Both the position numbers and the translations under genes were made by a program. Shown in pieces: positions 13,553 through 25,514 of a stretch of 64,000 nt of DNA; the stretch's first letter is position 1; each line of letters starts with the position of its first letter. The stretch lies in the NCBI RefSeq assembly GCF_009914755.1, contig NC_060925.1; one strand, 5' to 3'. A model generated the notes under the pieces. That model was not told the origin of the DNA. It made no database searches and saw nothing but the letters and a program-made list of their open reading frames with translations. The DNA comes from the human T2T-CHM13v2.0 reference genome, Homo sapiens.

Positions 13553-14318
13553 GGTCATATTAATGGTATCCCTAAAGAGAGGGTGAGGACAGACATGGGT
13601 GTTCAATCTGCCATGTTTAACTTAAAATATATTTCTTTGAATTTTTAAAAGGAATTTGGAAAATATTTGTATTTTCATGATCCCAAGAACATAAGGAAAT
13701 AAGAGACTGGACAGGTGGGGAAAAAGATATTATTAAAATTTCAACCCAGCCTTTATTTCCTATAATTTTACTGAAAAGCTTCCTGGGATATTTAGTCCAA
13801 ATCTCTCCCTGGGCTAGTCATTCAATGAGAAACACAGGGCTTTCCTTTAATCTTCCTGGAAAGTAACATTCAACTTTGACATTAAATTTTTCACTTAATC
13901 TTAGAATATATTGCTCATATAAGTTGTAAAAGGACTGTGTTAATCAGATTGAGCACTAAGTAAATTGCTTAAGCTTCCCTGCCAGTTAGAAAAACCTCAG
14001 ACTCTTGGGCCTAGTTTTTCTCCTAACTTACAATTCAAATTAAAGAAGAAAAATATTGACTCTAGTGGATTAAAACCCCAAACACAACTTGAAGCCTAAA
14101 TGCTGTTTTATGTCGTTCACAGAAATGTCTTTTCTATTAATTCAAATTAAGTTGCTTGAGGTCAGAAGCTATGGTGCATACTTGTTTTTTGTACTCCATT
14201 CCCTCTTCAGGCGTATTTTCACTATAACACCAGTATCAGAATATTCTGAATTGCTTGAAAAAATCAGAAGCTTTTTTCCCTATACCACCAGTATCAGAAT
14301 TTTCTGAATTGCTTGTCA

Positions 14319-14734
<416 letters not shown>

Positions 14735-15613
14735 TTACTTTAAAATTACTTAAAAATTTACCTCACAGTATGCTAAGTAGTGTAGGTGCTTTTAAATCTT
14801 TGTTTAATTAAGTAAATGTTAATTCCATATGACATATCATTAGAATTTATTTACTTAAAAAGAGAATTACGACAATTAATAATGATTAGGCTTTGAAAGT
14901 AGAGTCTCCAATGAATCCTGTGTAAGGATTTATATAGCTTCAGAGAAAATCCTTCCAAAACTGGGGCAGGATCGTTTTTATAAGATGTCAACAACTGAAT
15001 TGTTTTAATGTTATCTGTCCTTACGTTCAAGCTATTCAATATGCATGAGACAAATCTCCCATTTCCTTTGGACTATTTCTATTATTTTGCTGTGCTGTTG
15101 CTCTGGTTATGTATTGCTGTGTTACAAATCACGCCAAACACAGTAGTAAAGATAACAACCATCTTATTATGCTTATGGATTTTAAGAGCAAGAATTTGAA
15201 TAAGGCACAGTGGGTGGCTTTTATCTGCTCCACAATATCTGGGGTCTCAGCTGGAAAATACCTAAAATGGCTGTGGCTGGAACCATGTGGGGACTCCTTC
15301 ACTCACATGTGTGGGCTGGAAAGGCTTGAAGCCTGTGCTCAGCTGAGACTATTGAGCAGGACACCTGGTCACTCTCCATGTGGCTCTAGCTTCTGCAGCA
15401 GGGGCTTGGGTTCTGAGGAGTGTCTCTAAAGGGAGCCATCGAAGTGAGTGATTCAAGGGAACCACACAGAAGGAGCATGGCCTTTCATGACCCAGCCTCA
15501 GAAGTCACAAAAACATCATTTCTATCCGACTGTATAGTTTAGGCAGTTTCAAGTCTACCCATAATTAAGGGACAGGACATAGACCACCATTTCTTTGTAT
15601 TTTTTTATTTTTT

Positions 15614-15805
15614 ATTCTCCTGCCTCAGCCTCCCGAGTAGCTGGGATTACAGGCATGTACCACCACGCCCAGCTGATTTTTGTATTTTCAGTAGAGACTG
15701 GGTTTCACCATGTTGGCCAGGAAGGTCTCGAACTCCTGACCTCGTGATCTGCCTGCCTTGATCCCAAAGTGCTGGGATTACAGGTGTGAGCCACCACGCC
15801 CAGCC
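15614..15805 (-). mobile_element. AluS lacking the 3' part of its right arm
   Basis: Intact Alu 5' end at 15805; body stops at attctcctgcc and abuts a T-rich tract. Confidence 0.85.
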
Positions 15806-16035
15806 TATTTTTTATTTTTTGAGATAGGGTGTCATCCTTTCACCCAGGCTGGAATGCAGTGGCATGATCAAGGTTCATTGCAGCTTTGATCTCCTAGGCT
15901 TAAGCTATCTCCCACCTCAGCCTCTTAAGTAGCTGGGGCTTCAAATGCATGCAACCATGCCTGCCTAATTTTTTTTTTTTTTTTTTTGTAGAGACAGGGT
16001 CTCCCTAATTTGCCTGGGCTGGTCTCAAACTCTTA
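15806..16035 (-). mobile_element. AluJ, 5'-truncated
   Basis: Diverged J-type Alu with T tail at 15806-15820. Confidence 0.85.
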
Positions 16036-16062
16036 GATTGCACAGAATTCTTAATGGGAGGA

Positions 16063-16465
16063 TGTGTTAGTCTGTTTTCACACTGCTATAAAGAACTGCC
16101 TGAGACTGGGTAATTTATAAAGGAAGGAGGTTTAATAGAGTCACAGTTCCACATGGCTGGAGAGGCCTCAGGAAATTTACAAACATGGCGGAAGGGGAAT
16201 CTTACATGGCTGCAGGCAAGAGAGAGTGTGTGAGAGCCCATGAAAAACTCTCACTTATAAAATTACCAGATCTCGTGAGAATTCACTCACTATGATGAGA
16301 ACAGCATGGGGAAAATCATCCCCATAATCCAATCACTCCCCTCCCTCAACACGGAATTACAAGCATGGGGAAAATCATCCCCATAATCCAATCACTCCCC
16401 TCCCTCAACACGGAATTACAAGTCGAGATGAGATTTGGGTGGAGACACAGAGCCAAACCATATCA
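16063..16465 (-). mobile_element. THE1D-like solo LTR (MaLR)
   Basis: tgtgttagtctgttttcacactgctataaagaac...gccaaaccatatca; TG...CA ends; 5-bp TSD gagga/gaaga. Confidence 0.88.
16303..16420. repeat. perfect 59-bp tandem duplication inside the THE1 LTR
   Basis: 16303-16361 is identical to 16362-16420. Confidence 0.95.
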
Positions 16466-17592
16466 GAAGAATACCAGAGAATTTTGGGGCCATGTTTTAA
16501 AACTACCACAATGACTAAACTAAGAAGCACTTCTAATCATTTAATTTCTAAAATCCTTTCTTCGTTCTTTGTTTGATCATTATAAATATTTTTGTCTTTC
16601 CAGTGAAGGCAAATGTACCCAAACCATATCCCTGTAGGTTCTTATTTATATATATAATTTTCACAATCACTCTGAAGTTGATATTACTCTTTCCATTTAT
16701 CAAATGAAGACACCGATGTGTTGAGAGGTAGAGTAGCTCGGTCAAAGTTACACAGTAGGGGAGCTCTGACTCCAGAGCACAGGCCTGTGGCTACTATCTA
16801 ATCAGCAGCACTTTCATATTCATGTGAGATCCTCTTATAGAGAAGCAGGGAAGTTTACATATCTAAATGTCACTGACAAGAGCTGAAATACATTCCTAAG
16901 CTCACTCTATCAAATATCCTAAACCTTTTAAAAAGTTGCTTTTGGCTAAATGGTGGCTGGGTCATAAACCTTATCATCTATGAAAGCACTGAGGGGCTAC
17001 AGATTTTTAAGGTTTTCATTTCCTGTGGAAAAAAAAGAAAATGTTCTTATTTGCACTCTGCTGCTGAATTTTGACCAGGGAGTAAAAGATGCCTTTCTCT
17101 CTGAAAGAGGGCAGGACACTTCCATTTGTTTTTCTCTGAGGGGTTGGCTATTTGATCTAATTGTTGTGATAAGCTGACTGAGGGTCAGGTGTGCACAAGG
17201 CAGCAACACCTTGGATGGAAGGAAAAAGGCTGGTAACAGGTGGAGGCCGTAAATAGAATGTGGCTTAGGAAGGGTCAGACCAGGGCACACGAACTTAACT
17301 ATCTGAAATCAGTTAGAGCTGGACTCAGAATCTATACAACAGCTTGAGTCAAAATTCAGTTAATGAAGCTGAAGTCCAACCTGGAGATAAAAATATCTAA
17401 GCCTGGGAAGCTGCAAAAGTCACCTTTTATCAAATAAAAAGAGTGAGGCTATGCCAACGTGCACCTCTTCTTGTGAAGTTCACGGAAGAAGAGATGAGTG
17501 GGAGTCCACTCTTCTGCGATTCGCTTGCAGTTCATGAAAATAAGGAAAGCGGAGTCCCAATAAGGAGTTTTGGAGTGAGAAATAACAAGGCA

Positions 17593-19193
<1,601 letters not shown>

Positions 19194-19877
19194 ATAGAAC
19201 AAGGCAAAACTCAGTCGATTTTTTTTTTTTGGCATTTCTTCTTAGATTTCTATCTCCTAACATAGGATCACTTATTTGTGAAATTATTTGTATACCTTTT
19301 TTATGGAGTGATGATGTGATACAAATTCTATCCTTAAGGATATAAGAACATCTTTTCTTTATATTAGGATTTTTCTGGACCCATGAGTTACATGCTTACT
19401 TCCCACACCCTCATATATTGTTTAAATTTGTAGAATTAAATTCATAGGTAATTATTTCTGAAACTTCTTCCCTGTGTGAGCAATCTAAATAATTATTACA
19501 ATGCCTTAAGTTGCAATCAGGAATGTTTACTTAGCACAGACTTTTTTCCCCACTACTGCACTCAAAGGATAACAGATATATGGCAAATCTAACCATATTC
19601 TTTGTCCTTTGTCCATGAAAAACACTTAATTGGTCACTGTGCACCAAACTTGACCTCAGGTTTTTCTTGACACGTATCTCAGGTAGACACTCACATTTAA
19701 TTTGAGTTGATGCTTGAGGTGAAACCAAAGGCATTATTAAGTACTAATAGTGAATAGAGAAAGAAAATGATTTGGACTAACTGTGGGACAGGTCAGATTG
19801 ACCTTAAAAATGAAATGTGTGATAACAAAATATCCAATAGCAAATAAAGGTCAATTTGGAACTGGGTATAACAAATG

Positions 19878-20345
19878 CTGTTGATGCACCTCCCATATCC
19901 TGTGGGCTCCCTGATTTTTATTATACCCATGTACAGTCCCAACCCACTGACAGATTCCCACCTTAAGCAACTGCATATTTCCCTTTCCCTGAGGGCTTTC
20001 TCATTGTTACTAGAGCTTGCTCAGCTGTAAAAGATAAACCAGAAAGTTTGAGGGAGCTAATCCCTGGGAGGCAATCCTTAATCTATAGGGGTGGCAGTGG
20101 TGGACACATGCCGTAGCCTCCCTGTCTTGTAGTGATAGGGTCCTGGGGTCCTGAAGTTTGGCTCTGGGGTTTCTCAGAGGATCTCCAGCTAGACTGAGCT
20201 CCTCTTGCTTTTTATTCATTTTTCTACCTTCCCTGTCTCACTTTCCTAACTTTCTTACCTGTCTTTCTGAGTTTACCTTCCAAATTGTCTATCTGCCTCT
20301 GAGTCCTTGTCTAAGCATCTGCTTTTAGAAGAGCCCAACTTAAGA
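19878..20345 (+). mobile_element. LTR16-like ERVL solo LTR
   Basis: tgttgatgcacctccc... ending ctgcttttagaagagcccaacttaaga. Confidence 0.55.
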
Positions 20346-20434
20346 ATCAAGGTTAACAAACTAGTATAGGAATCATTAAAATTTTGATTATGTAATATGA
20401 ATAAGTTCCAGAGGTCTGTTCTGCAACGTAGTAC

Positions 20435-20912
20435 TGTTGACCAAAATATAAAGGTTGTTAAAGCAGAAATAATTTGATAAAAGTTTATTGGAAGCCAAAT
20501 GTGAGGATTGGCCTGGGAAGACACACCCACAAAGTTAGGTGTGTTTCAGTCTGTTACACATTGGAAGGCTTTTATAAGAAAGTTTAGGAGAAGTGAGGGG
20601 GGCTCCTCATATCAGAGTTGTCCTTTTTCTTTGGAGGGTAGAATACATATGCAACATATAGGCTAAAATGTGTACATGCAAGACAATCATTAAAACTTCG
20701 TGATTCAGAAACAAATCAACAAAACTTCATGGTTCAGACATAAATGACTGTCCTTTTCAGTGTCAGTAGGTTACATATTAATCAGTACATCAACAATTTG
20801 AGGGACTCACAATAAGATTATTTACTTAGTGACAGGATGTAAGCCATGAATCATAAGACCTCCCCCAGCTGGTTAATTTGGAAGCCTGTCAAATGTGACC
20901 TATAGGTTATCA
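20435..20912. mobile_element. ERV1-class (MER4-group-like) solo LTR
   Basis: TG...CA termini; 4-bp TSD gtac/gtgc; cleanly interrupts the L1M. Confidence 0.55.
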
Positions 20913-20945
20913 GTGCCTATATTTAACAATACTGTATTGTACACT

Positions 20946-23202
20946 TGTATTAGTCTGTTCTCATGCTGTTATAAGGACATACTCAAGACAGGGTAATTTA
21001 TGAAGAAAAGTGGTTTAATGGACTCACAGTTCCACAGGGCTAGGGAGGCCCCAGGAAACTTACAATAATGGTAGAAGGGAAGCAAACACGTCCTTCTTCA
21101 TATGGCAGCAGCAAGCAGAAGTGCTGAGAAAAAGTGGGAAAAGCCCCTTATAAAAATATCAGATCTCATGAGAACTCACTCACTATCACAAGAACAGCAG
21201 GAGGGTAACCACCCCCATGATTCAATTACCTCCCACTGGGTCCCTTCCAGGACACGTAGGGATTATGGGAACTATAATTCAAGATGAGAATTGGGTGGCA
21301 ACACAGCCAAACCATACCTTTCCACCCCTGGTCCCTCCCAAATCTCATGTCCTCAAATTTCAAAACCAATCATGCCTTCCCACCAGTCCCCGCAAATCTT
21401 ATTTCAGCATTAAATCAGAAGTCCACAGTCCAAAGTCTCATCTGAGACAAGGCAAGTCCCTTCTGCCTATGAGCCTGTAAAATCAAAACGAGTTAGTTAC
21501 TTCCTAGGTACGATGGGAGTATAGGCATTGAGTAAATACAGCCATTCCAAATGGGAGAAATTGGCCAAAAAAATTGGCCAAAAAAAAGAGATGGCAGGTC
21601 CCATGCAAGTCTGAAATCCAGTGGGGCACTCAAATCTTAAAGCTCCAAAATGATCTCTTTGACTCCATGTCTCGTCCAGGTTACACTGATGCAAGAAGTG
21701 GGTTCCCATAGTCTTGGGCTGCTCGACCCTGTGGCTTTGCAGGATACAGCCCCCTTGCCAGCTGCTTTTATGGGCTGGCATTGAGTGTCTGTGGCTTTTC
21801 CAGGTGCATGGTGCTAGCTGTGGGTTGATCTAACATTCTGGGGTCTAGAGGACCATGGCCCTCTTCTCATAGCTCCACTAGGCAGTGCCCCATGTGTGGG
21901 GGCTCCCACCCCACATTTTCCTTCTGCACTGCCCTAGAAGAGGTTCTCTGTGAGGGCTCTGCCCCTGCAGCACACCTTTGTCTGGACATCCAGGTGTTTC
22001 CATACATCCTCTGAAATCTAGGCAGAGGTTCCAAAACCTCAATTCTTGTTATGTCTGTGTACCTGCAGGCCCAACACCACATGTAAGCTGCCAAGGCTTG
22101 GGGCCTGCACTCTGAAGAAATGGCCTGAGCTGTATGTTGACTCCTTTTGGTCATAGCTGGAGCGTCTGGGATGCAGGGCACCAAGTCTAAGGCTGTACAT
22201 AGCACAGGGGTCCTGGACCCAGCACAGGAAACCATTTTACCCTCCTAGGCCTCTGGGCCTGTGAAGGTCTCTGACATGCCCTGTTGTGAAGGTCTCTGAC
22301 ATGCCCTATTGTGAAGGTCTCTGACATGCCCTGGAGACATTTTCTCCATTGTCTTGGCAATTAGCATTTGGCTCCTTGTTACTTATGCAAATTTCTGCTG
22401 CTGGCTTGAATTTCTTCTCAGACAATGGGATTTTATTTTCTACCTCATCTTCAGGCTACAAATTTTTCAAACCTTTATGCTCTGTTTCCTCTTGAATGCT
22501 CTGCCACTTAGAAATTTCTTCTGCCAGATACCCTAAAACATCTCCCTCAAGTTCAAAGTTTCAGAGACCGCTAGGGCAGGGGCAAAATCCGCCAGTCTCT
22601 TTGCATAGCAAGAGTGACCTTTACTCTAGTTCCCAAGTTCCTCATTTCCATCTGAGAGCACCTTAGCCTGGGCTTTGTTGTCCATATCACTATCAGCATT
22701 TTTGTGAAAGCCATTCAACAAGTCTCTAGAAAGTTCCAAACATTCCCACATTTTCCTATTTTCTTCTGAGCTCTCCAAACTGTTCCAGTCTCTGCCTGTT
22801 ACCCAGTTCCAAAGTCACTTTTACATTTTTGGTTAGCTTCTCAGCAGTACCCCACTTCTGGTACCAATTTACTGTATTAGTCTGTTCTCATGCTGCAAGG
22901 AAGGAAAGAGATTTAATTGAAACACAGTTCCATAGGACTGGGAAAGGCCCAGGAAACTTACAATTATGGTGGAGGAGGAAGCAAACACGTTCTTCTTTAC
23001 ATGGTGGCAGCAAGAAGAAGTGCTGAGCAAAAGAGGGAAAAGCCCCTTAGAAAACCATCAAATCTCATGAGAACTCACTCACTATCATAAGGGTAACCTC
23101 CCCAGTGATTAAATTACCTCCCATTGGGTCCCTCTCAGGACACCTGGGGATTATGGAAACTACAAGGTGAGATTTGGGTGGGGACACAGCCAAACCATAT
23201 CA
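20946..23202 (-). mobile_element. full-length THE1 (THE1C-like) MaLR: LTR 20946-~21318, internal region, LTR 22873-23202
   Basis: Two direct-repeat THE1 LTRs; THE1-int with PBS-side ctggtaccaatttac and PPT-side ttccacccctgg; TSD acact/acagt. Confidence 0.92.
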
Positions 23203-23529
23203 ACAGTTAAACATTTTGTTAAGAGGGTAGATATCATGTTGTGTTTTTTACCATAAAATAAAACGTAACAAACAAACAAACACCTACAAGGTGGCATGAG
23301 GAAACTTTTGGGGGTGATGAACATGTTTATTACTTTGATTGTGGTGATGGTCTCACATACGTATGCATGTGTCCAAACCCATCAGATTGTATTCATTAAA
23401 TATGTACAATTATTTGTATATCAATTATACCTCAATAAAGACGTTAAAAAGAAAACTCTTATCAATATCACTTTTAATATCTACATGGAAGCCATTAATG
23501 TTATTGTTCAGCTTTTAGAGTTGGAGGCC

Positions 23530-23868
23530 CCAGTGGTAGACAATTACTCATTTCCTCTCCCTGAAAGATTATACAGCCCTACTCTGTTGAGTTCAGGCGT
23601 GGCCATGTGACAACTCATGATTTTCTGTATTATTTTTTTCCTCTGGTTAAGGCAGGCAAAGTTCCAAGTAAAGCTACACTGTCAGCCTGAGCTCTGGAGT
23701 GAAGATGATAGACCTGGAGCAGAGTCTTAGTTGAACTATAATATACATGTATTAAGAATAAGAATATGTGTATTAAGTGAATAAGAAATAAACTTTTATT
23801 CCTTGTAAATTACTGAGACTTTGGAGTAATTTGTTGCCACAGCATAACTTAGGCTAAATTGACTAATA
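23530..23868 (+). mobile_element. old MLT1-type LTR
   Basis: ggcgtggccatgtgac...aataaac...tttgttgccacagcataac. Confidence 0.5.
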
Positions 23869-24762
23869 TGGAATCTTTAAATATAATTTAGTACAGTGGT
23901 CTCATCTTGATTAATCATAAGATTAATTAGGGAGATTTACTAGGGAGATTTTTACATGTATAGATTTAAAATTCTGATACTAATTCAGTAGGTTTGGAGT
24001 GGAATGCAGGAATCTGCATTTTAACTGTTTGAAACCCAATCACTTTGCTTATTTTAAAGGTGAAAAGAGATTGACAATTTGAAAAGTTTTCCATTCTTTT
24101 AATTAATTTATTTAAAAAAAACACATTGTCATCTAGATGAGAGTTTGAATTAATTATAAAAATGTTTTCTCCTGAAGAACAGAAAGGTAAGCTCAATTGT
24201 ACACCTGAATAGGGGAAGTTCTGAATTAGCATTATCAAAACTAATACAGTTTAATTGTATGTCATATATATAGGCCACCTGGGTTCAAATCTAATCAAAA
24301 ATTATGAATGCATCATATTACTAAGGCCATTAGTAGGCCAGAAAGACAAAGAGTAGTAAGGCTTTAATAACAGAAGGTAAATTTGTTGCACACATGCACT
24401 CAGAAAAATAGTGCCCTTGCTATTAAGAGAGTATGTGTCTAGAAGGAGAACTCACTGTGGAGACCAGAGATCAAATTAAAGGTGGTTCAAGGTCAGCTGA
24501 TGGAATTTTCTAGCATCACACTTGACAGCTCTATGCCATTCATTCGATTAGGTCACTGTATATGTTTACATTTTAGAAATTACTTATTCAATTTAATTTT
24601 GACTTTTTACTTTGTTGTCTCCAGCCTGAAGAAGACATTTTAATAGATGCAGCTGATGTCCTAAGTTCCCCCAAGGAGGAGAGAGTAGAGGCAAAAGATT
24701 GGCCCACATGTAAGTTAATATAAGGCAGAATTTGATAATTATAATAAGAAAGGAACTCCTCC

Positions 24763-25177
24763 TGATATGGATTGGATCTGTGTCCCCATCCAAATTTCAT
24801 GTTGTATTATAATCCCCAATATTGGAGGTGGGGCCTGGTTGGAGGTGATTTGTTCATGGGGGTGAATTTCTCATGAATGGTTTAGTACCATCCCCTTGGT
24901 GCTGTCCTCATGATAGTGAGTGAGATCTGGTCATTTAAAAGTGTGTGTTACCTCTCCTCTCCCTCTCTTGCTTCTGCTCTGGCCATGTGATGTGTCTGCT
25001 CCCCATTTGTCTTTCACCATGATTGTAAATTTCCTGAGGTTTCCCCAGAAGCTGAACTGATGCCAGCGTCATGCTTCCTGTACAGCCTGCAGAACCACAA
25101 GCCAATTAAACCTCATTTCTTTATAAATTGCCCAGTCTCAGGTATTTCTGTTTAGCAATGCAAGAATGGCCTAACAC
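24763..25177 (+). mobile_element. MSTA-like solo LTR
   Basis: tgatatggattggatctgtgtcccc...gcaatgcaagaatggcctaacac. Confidence 0.85.
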
Positions 25178-25514
25178 CCCCCAAACTGACTTAGATTCTT
25201 TGCTGATCTATTTCTATAAGACAACTTCTGTTTGCAGGGGCATTTGCATATTGTTCAACTTAGGTTCCATAGTCAAGGATACTGCTACATATGTTCCACA
25301 AGAATCATAGCTGCATGAACTGCTGCAAAGGATGAGTTACATTTCCAGCTTTGGCTTCCTCACCACCATTTAACCCATTGCAATCTGGCAATTGATGGTG
25401 CTGTGTTTCTCAAACTGACTCCTCCAAAGATCACCAAGAACTTACCCCATTCATTATCTCTCTAGATTTTGATATTATTGATAAATCTTTTTTATTAAAT
25501 ACCCTGAGGCAGTC

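Larger units (their letters stand above)
11460..13625 (-). mobile_element. highly diverged L1ME-type fragment (interrupted by an Alu)
   Basis: Long T-rich stretch with old L1M ORF1/5'-region-like motifs. Confidence 0.45.
15105..16510. mobile_element. old MLT1-type MaLR LTR, split by two Alus and a THE1 LTR
   Basis: tattgctgtgttacaaatcac...ccagcctcagaagtcaca; end ggccatgttttaaaactaccaca lies beyond the inserts. Confidence 0.55.
20395..23452 (+). mobile_element. L1MC-like 3' end split by two LTR insertions
   Basis: aataagttccagaggtctgtt / cctatatttaacaatactgtattgtacact / taaacattttgttaagagggtagat...tatacctcaataaag rejoin once the inserts are removed. Confidence 0.7.

Noticed and set aside
22260-22332. 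25-bp repeats as a CRISPR-like array
   Set aside because: Head-to-tail copies with no unique spacers, inside THE1-int.
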